Assembly: GCA_040285745.1 (NCBI GenBank)
Contig: JAUFOR010000008.1
Location: forward strand, 62,001 to 126,000
Reading direction: 5' to 3'
From: Barthelona sp. PCE
Taxonomy: Eukaryota
DNA: 64,000 nucleotides
Made by a program: the position numbers and the translations under genes. Below, in pieces: positions 9,660-19,024 of this stretch. The notes beneath the pieces are model-generated. The model was not told where the DNA came from and did not search any database. It saw only the letters and a program-made list of their open reading frames with translations. How positions within the stretch are numbered: the stretch's first letter is position 1; each line of letters opens with the position of its first letter.

Positions 9660-11258
9660 ATGACAGGAAATAGCGATAATTCATCTATAAATATTCCTGA
9701 ATCCATACCAGAATCGCAATCTATTACAATAACTTCCCCTTTAGATATACAGGAAACGCCTTCAACATTAGGCTCACCAAATACGGAGGATAAGGTGAAA
9801 AAGGAAGGTGAAGGTTTGAAACCACGAATATCTGAGATTTTAGCATTTGCCGGTCTTGACGTGGCATCAAGTTCTTACATTACAGTTATTGTGACTGTTG
9901 TTTATTCTTCTGTTTTTGTTGATCAGATTGCAAGCACAAGTAGTGCTGCAAACACATTGTGGAGTGTTTTCAGGGTATTGGCAATGATTATTAGTTTAAT
10001 TGTAATGCCTGTTGTTGGTGCTATTACCGATCTTCGTCCTTCACGTTCTAAGAAACCGTTCCTTGTTCTTGCATCACTCCTGATGGCTGTCTGTACAATG
10101 CTTCTTTTCTTTGTTGATATTGGAGATATTGTCCAAGCCATCATTCTTTTAACACTTGCCCAGGTAGGGTTCAATCTCTTTGAATCAGTTGCATCATCAT
10201 TCCTCATGTCTGTTGCACGTATCGACAAACATACACCTTTTGTAAGTGGTCTGGGTTTCGCACTTGGTTATATTGGAGCTCTGGTTGTTCTCGTGTTTTA
10301 TACGCTTTATGTTGGTGATGCAGAGGGTCTTGATCTGGTTGAAAAGGTACAGTATTCAGTTATTGGTATTGGTATATGGGTCATTGTGTTTACTCTCCCA
10401 GGTATCACAAGTTTAAAGGTTCGTGAGCCTCCAAAGCCTGGCAGCGAGAGCATGACAAGGAAAGCAATGATGAAAGAGGGATTTGTTCGACTTGCAACAA
10501 GTTGGAAAACACTAAAGAATCTTCCAGTATTACGTTCATTTTTGGTATCATTCTTCTTCTATTATGCCGGTCTTGACGTTGTTATTGGATTCACAGCAAT
10601 CATTGCAGTTGATGAAGAACTTATAGGCATGACGAACAGCCAACTCGCAGTTCTTTTTATCGTGCTGCAGGTTTCGGCTTTCGTCGGTGCGCTCCTGTTC
10701 GGCCTCATGGAGGGTAAATATGGCTCCAAGAACATGATTGTGTATCTTTGTTGTCAGTGGGTGCTTGGAATCTTCTTTGTTATCCTCATTCCTACAGTGG
10801 CTGATTGGACAGGTATCTCCCGTGTCTCTCTAATGGTGGGCGTATCTATATTTATCGGAACTGGTATCGGAAGTCTTCAGTCTGCAAGTAGAGCGATTGT
10901 AGGTCTCCTTAGCCCCGTTAACGCAAGAACTGAGCTTATGTCTCTATACCTGTGTTTCAGCAAGGCAGGTGCTCTAGCATCACTTGCTCTTGGTATTATT
11001 GCTGATGTAATCAATATGCGTGTCGCTCTTTTGGTCCCTGTTTTGCTCTTTGCAATTGGTGGTATGTTAATTGCAAGGATCAACTTAAAAGATGAGTTTA
11101 CCCGTATCAAGGAACTTAATGTCCGTATCGAGAACGGTTATGATATTGAAGAACCTGTTGATCTCGATCCCAGTGTGTTTGGAATGGTGCCAAAGGAAAT
11201 ATCTCCAACAAAGGTTACTGGAACTCAAGAGCGTAGAAATTCATACACAGTACAATAA
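9660..11258 (+). CDS. MFS transporter, UMF1/Atg22-like
   Basis: About 12 TM segments; PVVGAITD, VSGLGFALGYIG, QSASRAIVGLLSP motifs. Confidence 0.8.
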   Translation: MTGNSDNSSINIPESIPESQSITITSPLDIQETPSTLGSPNTEDKVKKEGEGLKPRISEILAFAGLDVASSSYITVIVTVVYSSVFVDQIASTSSAANTLWSVFRVLAMIISLIVMPVVGAITDLRPSRSKKPFLVLASLLMAVCTMLLFFVDIGDIVQAIILLTLAQVGFNLFESVASSFLMSVARIDKHTPFVSGLGFALGYIGALVVLVFYTLYVGDAEGLDLVEKVQYSVIGIGIWVIVFTLPGITSLKVREPPKPGSESMTRKAMMKEGFVRLATSWKTLKNLPVLRSFLVSFFFYYAGLDVVIGFTAIIAVDEELIGMTNSQLAVLFIVLQVSAFVGALLFGLMEGKYGSKNMIVYLCCQWVLGIFFVILIPTVADWTGISRVSLMVGVSIFIGTGIGSLQSASRAIVGLLSPVNARTELMSLYLCFSKAGALASLALGIIADVINMRVALLVPVLLFAIGGMLIARINLKDEFTRIKELNVRIENGYDIEEPVDLDPSVFGMVPKEISPTKVTGTQERRNSYTVQ

Positions 11259-11274
11259 ACAACTTTACATAATG

Positions 11275-11793
11275 TTACTTGGTAACGGCTTGATGCATAC
11301 TGTGAAGGCTTCTTAACTTTTGTCGTGCATCTTTAAGTTCAAGTATCAGCCTTTCATTTTCTAATGACTTCTCATTGTTTTCAAGGGATAAAAGATCAAG
11401 ATCGGCCTGTAACTTTGATTTTTCATTCTTTTTTCGCTGAAGAATTACTTCAAATCTCTGTGTCATTTCATCTTTCTGCTTTTGAAGCGCAGTATTAATC
11501 CTAAAGACAACCTCGTCCTCAGGGATGCCAGCAGATTCCTCTCTGTGTGGGTTTCTCTGCAATGATACATCATCCAAATCAAGTTCTTCAAAAACTTCCC
11601 TCTCTTTTTGTAACACATCATTTAATTCTGTTACGCTTGTTAATTCGTTGCGGGTGGCCTGTAATACTGTCCTAAACTTTGAAAGAGTTTTTGTGAGTTG
11701 GTCAGTACGTGCGCCCATTAGCCTAAGCTGCATTTCATATGTTTCAACCTTGTTTCTGAGCGCTTCGTTTTCGTCTATCAGTTCCATTGACAT
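11275..11793 (-). CDS. Small coiled-coil protein
   Basis: 172-aa ATG ORF with heptad-like E/K/L pattern. Confidence 0.6.
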   Translation of the reverse strand: MSMELIDENEALRNKVETYEMQLRLMGARTDQLTKTLSKFRTVLQATRNELTSVTELNDVLQKEREVFEELDLDDVSLQRNPHREESAGIPEDEVVFRINTALQKQKDEMTQRFEVILQRKKNEKSKLQADLDLLSLENNEKSLENERLILELKDARQKLRSLHSMHQAVTK

Positions 11794-11974
11794 TTTTTTA
11801 TGTAAAATTAGCCCAAGAAGAAGGGAGAAAAAGTTGAATCATCGTATCTTTCAACTATTCGTTGAAAGAATGATTGTTAACAGACCAAATAATTATGACT
11901 TATCTCATTTACACGTTAAAGTTGTGGAAATATTCCAGATTTGAATAGAAAAAGAAGAGCAGGTAGTGAATACT

Positions 11975-12688
11975 TTACTGAATGTTGGAGAAGAAGGTAC
12001 GCAAGACAGGGATCAACTCACCAGTGTGGTCATTCTTGATCTCTTCAAAGCTGGATACTTGGTTAGAATCACCGAGGACATCACTAACATAACGGATTAC
12101 GACACAGCGGGTTTTGAACATATGACAAGCTTGGGCTACAGCACCACCTTCCATCTCGATAGCCATGGGCTTCTCAGGACCCCACTCAGTCTCATCTATT
12201 AATCTGAGGAGTTCGTCAGCCTTGCCACCATGGACAAATTGGTCTCCTGTAAGGACAAGACCGGTACGGGAACGCTCAGGGTACATCTCTTCAGCGATCT
12301 TTGCGAGGGTACGGGCATCATTTTCGGAGACAGGAATGACAAGCTTGTTTACGACACATACGTGCATAGGAGGATCAAAAGGAGCAGTGTTGAAGTCGTG
12401 TTGGACAGCACCAGTGCTGAAAACAATGTCTCTACAGTTAAGAGGTTTGACACCACCACTTACACCGATATTAATAACTAAATCGACACTGAAGTGAGAG
12501 CACAGGATTGCTGCGGCAATACCAGCACAAACCTTACCAACTCCTGAGCAGCAAATGACCATTTCGTGATCGAAAAGCATGCCAGCGTGATAATCAACGC
12601 TTCCAATGTTTGTAACAGTAACGTCCTGGAAAAGCTCCAAAAGCTCTGTCATTTCACAGTCCATCGCACAGATAAAGCCCACTTTCAT
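11975..12688 (-). CDS. mtnN: 5'-methylthioadenosine/S-adenosylhomocysteine nucleosidase (bacterial Pfs type)
   Basis: GFICAMDCE, SGVGKV, INIGVSGG, TGDQF, EMEGGAVAQAC, IRYVSD. Confidence 0.88.
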   Translation of the reverse strand: MKVGFICAMDCEMTELLELFQDVTVTNIGSVDYHAGMLFDHEMVICCSGVGKVCAGIAAAILCSHFSVDLVINIGVSGGVKPLNCRDIVFSTGAVQHDFNTAPFDPPMHVCVVNKLVIPVSENDARTLAKIAEEMYPERSRTGLVLTGDQFVHGGKADELLRLIDETEWGPEKPMAIEMEGGAVAQACHMFKTRCVVIRYVSDVLGDSNQVSSFEEIKNDHTGELIPVLRTFFSNIQ

Positions 12689-12985
12689 TGCAGAGTTTTG
12701 ATAAGGAATGTAATTATGCAATAAGGTTAAATTCAATTTTGTGAGCGGTTGGGGATTCTAACCGAGACAAAATTTGCAACATGAGATATTTAAGTCCATG
12801 TTTTTAAGCTTTTTGAGGTTTTGTTACTTGAGAAAGTCAAACACAGTCAAAATAATACTTGCTTAGGAAAAAAGATGTTATTTATCTGTTTTACTGACTC
12901 TTAGCAACAAAAATTTTTGAATGAAGGGGTTTTGCATTGTATTCCTTTTTTTACCTCACCTCTTCTCAGCATTTCTTTTTAAAAA

Positions 12986-13654
12986 ATGGTTGTGGTTAAA
13001 ATAGAGATGAAAGACCATAACGAGGTTGTTGAAATTATCGTAGAATCTATTAAAGAATCACTCAAAGATAATGAGTGTATCCTGCTTGGTCTTGGTGGAG
13101 GATCAACAGCAAATATCTATCCCGATATAGCAGCCCATTTAACACCAGAGGAATGGAAAAGGATAGCTGTATACTTGATTGATGAGCGTTTTGTTCCTAA
13201 AGGACATTTTGACGCCAATCTTAAACTTATTGAAGAGAAACTTCTCGCTCACTGTTCTCCAATGATGGTTATTGCTCCAGAAATTCATCTGGGAATTTCT
13301 GTGAAGATTGCAATTGAGAGGTACAGTGAGGCTGTCCAGGGATTCATTCGTCAGCATTCTCCCTCAATATTGAATATTTATGGTATGGGTCCTGATGGTC
13401 ATATCGGATCTCTGTTCCCAGGTTCATTTGACGTTAATTCTGAAGATATATTTGTGTATACTTACACTTCCCGTTTCCACATCCAACGTCGTATTACTGT
13501 AGGACCTCAATGGTGTCGTAATCATGAATCAATTTTAGTGCTTAATACGCCTGAAAAGCATGCAGTTTTTCAAGAGCACATGACTCATCGAAATGACACT
13601 TCTAACCACCCTGTGAACCTTCTAAGAAAATTAAAAGTCCTTGTGTATGAATAA
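12986..13654 (+). CDS. PGL: 6-phosphogluconolactonase
   Basis: LGGGST, DERFVP, GMGPDGHIGSLFPG, RIT motifs. Confidence 0.85.
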   Translation: MVVVKIEMKDHNEVVEIIVESIKESLKDNECILLGLGGGSTANIYPDIAAHLTPEEWKRIAVYLIDERFVPKGHFDANLKLIEEKLLAHCSPMMVIAPEIHLGISVKIAIERYSEAVQGFIRQHSPSILNIYGMGPDGHIGSLFPGSFDVNSEDIFVYTYTSRFHIQRRITVGPQWCRNHESILVLNTPEKHAVFQEHMTHRNDTSNHPVNLLRKLKVLVYE

Positions 13655-13662
13655 AATAGCAT

Positions 13663-15159
13663 TTACAACAAACTTGCGAATTTATCTTCACTTCTCTCTT
13701 TCTTTGTTAATAACTCATCTGATTGTGTGATTCCCTCAAGTATATCATTGATGGAAAGCAGACGTTCCATTAAAAGTTCAACATCTTCATCATCATGAAC
13801 TGTTGAAATTTGTTGACCAACGTCTCGCTTTTTCTTCTTCGAATCATTCTTCTGCGTTGATACATTGCGTACAGCAGTTGCTTCCTTTCGTTTGAGTACG
13901 GAGAACATTTTGGTGTTCTCATCCTTTGCTCTCTTATATTTCTCCTTGACCGAGCGTGCGTATCCACCTAAACTCAGTAATGCTGATACGAGGAATTGGT
14001 TGGAGACAGTTAAGAGCTCTGAGCCCGCGGCTTCAACATCTGCTGACATGGCAAGCGCTACGAGATCTTTAAGAACAGGAAGAGTAGCAGTTTTCGTAGG
14101 TAACACGTCCTCCGGCTCCACCTTTGGATTTTCGAGGTTTCGCTCTGCTTGTTGTCTCTGAATATCCTCGAGTATCACTGGGTCTACATCACATTCATCG
14201 ATGATCAAGTTGCGAAACTCATATGTGCGCATAAGATCAATCGTCTCTTCGTTCAACTCACACCCGCTTAAGTCGAGCGTCTTGAACCACTGATCATTTT
14301 TCACTGCCGAAAATATCTTATAAACTGCATTCGGAGTGAAGCCGTTGTGACCACATGCACATCTTGTGAGGTACAAATGTTCTGGATCGGTCATTTCTTC
14401 TTGGCGAAGACCTCCAACCCACGATGAGAAGCTGCGCAGCTCAGAAAACTTGAACAATATGCCAGAAATAGCACTTGCACTCACATCTGTCAGATTACAG
14501 TTGACAACACTAATGTCTGTCAGGGTATCAATTTTCTCAGCTAATTCACGGACATGCTCAAATCCCTCATCACCAATCGGTGTGTGTGAAAGGGAGAGCA
14601 CAGAAAGTCTTGTTTGTTGAGAAAGAGCATGACAAATTTGGGCCAGGTTCTTCACTGGTAGTTGAATTCCTATGAGCTCAAGAGTAAGCAGCCTACGATT
14701 AACAGAAAGGAATTGTATCAGCCCTCGAATAAACGCGCTGCGGAATGATGAACTCAGAATTGGTAGGTCATTCGCAGTTTGACGAAGGCGCCTACGCTTT
14801 GTTGTAGCATCTTCACTGCTTTTTCCAGTTGCATGTTTCCCAATAGAAAGAGAAACATGTTCTAATGACGTGTCGCCCTTCAGTGAGTTAAAAAATGGAC
14901 CCAACTCCTCGAAGCGGAATATATCAAGAGCAACTTCAAGTGTATGTTCACCAAGCTTTGCAAGTACTTGACTTCTTGGTGGAACGTTTCCATTCGAGCA
15001 TTCTTTCTGGTACACTGTCCTGAAATTCTGTTTTGAAGCAGACTTCACCTTCTTCATTTTCTTCCGAGGTGTGTTTTGCTTTTCTGTGTGCTTTCGTGTC
15101 TTGTTCTGTGAATTCAATCTGCCCTTTGCCCTTACAGATCCCACTTTTTTCTCCCGCAT
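13663..15159 (-). CDS. CEP78: CEP78-like leucine-rich-repeat centrosomal/ciliary protein
   Basis: F..VYQKEC..NVPP N-terminus, RNI-type LRRs, W..GLR and KNDQWFKTLDL motifs. Confidence 0.65.
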   Translation of the reverse strand: MREKKVGSVRAKGRLNSQNKTRKHTEKQNTPRKKMKKVKSASKQNFRTVYQKECSNGNVPPRSQVLAKLGEHTLEVALDIFRFEELGPFFNSLKGDTSLEHVSLSIGKHATGKSSEDATTKRRRLRQTANDLPILSSSFRSAFIRGLIQFLSVNRRLLTLELIGIQLPVKNLAQICHALSQQTRLSVLSLSHTPIGDEGFEHVRELAEKIDTLTDISVVNCNLTDVSASAISGILFKFSELRSFSSWVGGLRQEEMTDPEHLYLTRCACGHNGFTPNAVYKIFSAVKNDQWFKTLDLSGCELNEETIDLMRTYEFRNLIIDECDVDPVILEDIQRQQAERNLENPKVEPEDVLPTKTATLPVLKDLVALAMSADVEAAGSELLTVSNQFLVSALLSLGGYARSVKEKYKRAKDENTKMFSVLKRKEATAVRNVSTQKNDSKKKKRDVGQQISTVHDDEDVELLMERLLSINDILEGITQSDELLTKKERSEDKFASLL

Positions 15160-15437
15160 ATGACTGTTATAGAATTACAAACAAAAAACAGTTAAGTCGT
15201 ATTATATCAGGCTATAAATTCAATTTAAAGGCTCCAAATTGAAATATAACATGCATTTATCAATGTAAAACCACATTAACAGACTTGAAAGTATGCCACC
15301 ATTGCAATGCAGGAAAATTTGAACATATGTGGATTTCAGGCGGCTAAGCACCTCTTAAAATTGTAATCAGACATGGGTGGATAACAGCCACGCAGCAAAT
15401 TCTTTTAACTGAATATCTTACCTTTTCTTCTATTCAA

Positions 15438-16547
15438 ATGTCAAATATTGCATTACAAAGTCAGGCTGTATTGGTTGAATCCGATCCCATGCCAAAATAT
15501 TCAGTCGAAATTAAGGGATATTCTTGGGAGGGAGCTGAGAACGGTTTCGTTGACTACGAAAAGATGCTTGATAGTTATATCACTACTGGTTTCCAGGCCC
15601 AGCATCTCGGTCAAGCCATGGTTGAGGTGAACAGAATGTTGGAATGCCGTAAACAACCTATGGATCAAGAAAAGCTTGCTGAGATGGATATTAGTCCTGA
15701 TCATAGATGCTATCCCCGTACAAACTGCACGATTTTTATGGGATACACATCAAATCTTATTTCAAGCGGTCTAAGAGAGACCCTGTGTTTTCTTGTCAAG
15801 CATAATCTTGTTGATTGTGTTGTAGCAACGGCCGGTGGTGTGGAAGAGGACATTATCAAGTGCCTTGCCCCTACATACAGTGCCAGTTTTGCTCTTGATG
15901 GTGTTACATTACGCTCAAAGGGTCACAATCGTATTGGTAACATGATTGTTCCCAATGAGAACTATTGTAAGTTCCAGGACTGGCTCGAACCCATCATGGA
16001 CGAGATGTTGGAGAAGCAGAAGAACGAAGGTGTGTGGTGGACTCCTAGTAAGATGATTAAGCTTATGGGAGAGCGTATTGATGATGAATCAAGCGTTTTA
16101 TACTGGTGTGCAAAGAACAATATTCCTATTTTCTCACCTGCAATCACTGACGGTTCTCTTGGTGATAACCTCTATTTTAATTCTTACAACCACCCTGAAC
16201 TCCGTATGGATATTATTGATGATATTCGTTACATTAACGACATCTCTGCATTCTCTCTTAACACTGGTATGCTTATTTTAGGTGGTGGTCTTATTAAACA
16301 CCATATTTGTAATGCTAACTTGATGCGAGACGGTGCGGATTTTTCCGTCTACATCAACACTTCTGGTGAATATGATGGCAGCGATGCTGGTGCTAAGCCT
16401 GATGAGGCAAAGAGCTGGGGTAAGATCAGACAGACAGCTAGACCTGTTAAAGTTACTGCTGAAGTCACCCTTGTTTTACCACTACTTGTGGCTAGGACAT
16501 TCGTCCCTTACTTGGCAGAAATGACAAGATTAAAGGAACTTGAGTAA
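15438..16547 (+). CDS. DHPS: Deoxyhypusine synthase
   Basis: TTGFQA, GYTSNLISSGLRE, TAGGVEED, NRIGN, GGGLIKHHI, PDEAKSWGKI (active Lys). Confidence 0.95.
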   Translation: MSNIALQSQAVLVESDPMPKYSVEIKGYSWEGAENGFVDYEKMLDSYITTGFQAQHLGQAMVEVNRMLECRKQPMDQEKLAEMDISPDHRCYPRTNCTIFMGYTSNLISSGLRETLCFLVKHNLVDCVVATAGGVEEDIIKCLAPTYSASFALDGVTLRSKGHNRIGNMIVPNENYCKFQDWLEPIMDEMLEKQKNEGVWWTPSKMIKLMGERIDDESSVLYWCAKNNIPIFSPAITDGSLGDNLYFNSYNHPELRMDIIDDIRYINDISAFSLNTGMLILGGGLIKHHICNANLMRDGADFSVYINTSGEYDGSDAGAKPDEAKSWGKIRQTARPVKVTAEVTLVLPLLVARTFVPYLAEMTRLKELE

Positions 16548-16588
16548 ACAATTGATTGCTTCATTTTTATTCTACCTTTTCAATAACA

Positions 16589-16984
16589 ATGGTCAATCAT
16601 CGTCTTCAAGGAATGAACTCGCCCAAACGTCTTGGTGCGTTTGGTGTATGTATTCTTCTTGGTCTCATTTCATACTTAACTCTAATTTTGTCACAGAGTG
16701 GTAATGTAGCTGCCCTTGTTCTATTTGTGAGCACAATTTTTTCATCTCTAGCTGTTGCAGATGTTAATCAACATATTAAAGAGTTAAAGGCAGAAAAAGG
16801 TAGCCTTATTGCATTTATTGTGTATTTATTTGGATTTTTTGTCTCATTTTTCATGTCCTATAAGATCAGTACCATTCTTCTTGTGACTGTAGGTCTTTTC
16901 GGTTATTGTGCATATCTCTTCATCATTCTTTTTTTGCAAGGTTTGACAAATACAAATGAAGAATCACCTTATGCAGAGGTCTAG
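16589..16984 (+). CDS. Small 4-TM membrane protein, possibly SFT2/Got1-like
   Basis: Four hydrophobic segments; KRLGAFGVCILLG start. Confidence 0.5.
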   Translation: MVNHRLQGMNSPKRLGAFGVCILLGLISYLTLILSQSGNVAALVLFVSTIFSSLAVADVNQHIKELKAEKGSLIAFIVYLFGFFVSFFMSYKISTILLVTVGLFGYCAYLFIILFLQGLTNTNEESPYAEV

Positions 16985-17892
16985 GCGTTTCCTGCTTGCT
17001 CTTGCAATAGTAAATTGTGTATGTTATATCTCCACAACGGGGCACGAATATTCCCAGCTTGTCCTTCCAAAAACCGTACGATTCGCATTTTAGGATACTT
17101 ATGGCGCCATATATCGTACAAAATGTACGCGAGAACTACAATAAGCACTGCATAAATTACATCGATGGTGTAATGATTTCGGAATAGAGGTATGCTAATA
17201 CAACCTATAATAGTCCAGAAATACACAAATAAACGCGCATTTCGATGCTTAACATGCTCAAGTACAAATACACAAAGAATTGTAATCATGATTGTGTGCC
17301 CACTTATCAGCAGATCACCACACTGCGGCTGACTGAGTCCACCAATTCCAGCTGCTGCGGTGTAGTTGATGACAATGTCCAGGCGGCTTGTTGACGCTCC
17401 AAAGTCCATGAACCGGAAGTCTGAACAGGGACAGTTTGGCATACCTTCACATGGGGAGCTCAGTACTGTCACAGAAAAACTCAGTGTGCGGAAGATCAGT
17501 ACACCAGAATATACGAAAAACACACTCCTCCAGTGTTTCGGTCGGTAAGAAATAAGAATAACAAAAAACATAATGGTTAGACAGATATTCGCAACGTTGC
17601 TCGGTATCCACTGCAGCGCAAACGCGTTGCTTCGGGCAAGACCAACACTGGGAAACATCTCAAACATAATATCGTAAAGCGCCGGTCGGGGGAGCTGTTT
17701 TTCAAACGCACGTGTGTTGAATAGGTTCATAAATAAAATTGTCCCGTACATCCACACAATGGGGAGCCATGTGTAAGGATGTAATGCTTTAAGAATAAAG
17801 TGACGATTGAAACGATATGGACTGTACACAACATTCTCTTGATCACTTTTTGACTCTTCCCCTAGTATTTCTAAATCATTTAAATCGCCCAT
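16981..17892 (-). CDS. Sphingomyelin/IPC synthase-like protein (PAP2_C)
   Basis: CGDLLISGHT and RNHYTIDV catalytic motifs; multiple TMs; likely ATG at 17892. Confidence 0.85.
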   Translation of the reverse strand: MGDLNDLEILGEESKSDQENVVYSPYRFNRHFILKALHPYTWLPIVWMYGTILFMNLFNTRAFEKQLPRPALYDIMFEMFPSVGLARSNAFALQWIPSNVANICLTIMFFVILISYRPKHWRSVFFVYSGVLIFRTLSFSVTVLSSPCEGMPNCPCSDFRFMDFGASTSRLDIVINYTAAAGIGGLSQPQCGDLLISGHTIMITILCVFVLEHVKHRNARLFVYFWTIIGCISIPLFRNHYTIDVIYAVLIVVLAYILYDIWRHKYPKMRIVRFLEGQAGNIRAPLWRYNIHNLLLQEQAGNA

Positions 17893-17932
17893 GTTAAAAA
17901 AATAAGCCTGTGAAAAGGGAGAAAAAATATTT

Positions 17933-18835
17933 TTATTCAGTGATCTTCTGCACCTTTTGACCATCCTCAACAATAGTACGTTTCCTCAACGCCTTGTTCT
18001 TATATCTGGGAATCTGTCTTAAGTTTTGCTTTTTGAAACGGAGTTGACCAACAGTCTCACCCATATCATTAGTTGACACATTCTTCGTCTTACCCGGACG
18101 TGTTCTAGGCTTCTTCAGAGCCATTTTCAGAATCTCAGGATCAGCATAGCTTACCCTTCTGAACTCCATATCGATGTTAGCACCAACGTTCTCCAGTTCA
18201 ATTCGTGGCTCCTTTCTACCTGACTTACGCATCCTCACTTGGTAGTGACGCATGCATACGGTACCGTTAGGTCCTGCAACGAAGTATATAACGTGTTGCA
18301 TATCGAGCAGGTTCATTTGTGTGTCTTGTGCAAAATGGAAGATATCCATAAAAATGGATTGAAGGCGTACATAACGTTCATCATTAGACCAATGATCACC
18401 GTGAAAGACAAGGAATGGGCGCACACTTGCCGTATAACGACGCTGTACCTCAAAAAACTCTGCGGGATCATATCCAATGAGGCCAAGCTCCAAAAATTCA
18501 AGCATCTCATAGTTGAAGAGACGGCCAAATACAAGGTTCTGTGGTCTTTTCTTGGAGTGTGACGCGTACATAAACAGTGATGCATCGAATTTAGCACTCC
18601 AATGCTCAATCGAAGAGAAGTCTTCGAAAGGGTTAAAGTCATTAGATTTTTTGAACAGTTTGACACTGGCGTGTGGTTTGAGGGCAAGGAATTCCTTCAA
18701 AACCATCTGTGAGATTTCATCTGCTGTGGAAGCACGAATAAGAAGAAGTTTTTTCTCATTCTCAATAATTAGTGGCTCTCTACCCTCAAGGATACGTTTG
18801 CCCTTTCTTGTTTTAGCTACCTGTGCAACACTCAT
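17933..18835 (-). CDS. RPF2: Ribosome biogenesis Brix-domain protein Rpf2
   Basis: KTRKGKRILEGREP, NPFED, SHSKKRPQNLVFGRLFN, RIELENVG, KNVSTNDMGETVG. Confidence 0.9.
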   Translation of the reverse strand: MSVAQVAKTRKGKRILEGREPLIIENEKKLLLIRASTADEISQMVLKEFLALKPHASVKLFKKSNDFNPFEDFSSIEHWSAKFDASLFMYASHSKKRPQNLVFGRLFNYEMLEFLELGLIGYDPAEFFEVQRRYTASVRPFLVFHGDHWSNDERYVRLQSIFMDIFHFAQDTQMNLLDMQHVIYFVAGPNGTVCMRHYQVRMRKSGRKEPRIELENVGANIDMEFRRVSYADPEILKMALKKPRTRPGKTKNVSTNDMGETVGQLRFKKQNLRQIPRYKNKALRKRTIVEDGQKVQKITE

Positions 18836-19024
18836 ATGTATGAAAAAAGTTGTGAATGGTGAGATTTCTAAAACCATCTTTGTGGTGGTTTAAGGAAGTA
18901 CTGTGTTGTTATAGGGCAAGTATTTCGGATGAAACTCCCTCACAAACCAAATATGTAGTGTTGCACTGGTCTGGTGATATTGTTAGTTCGTTTTCGACGT
19001 TTATTCACGGGTTTTTGTATCAAT

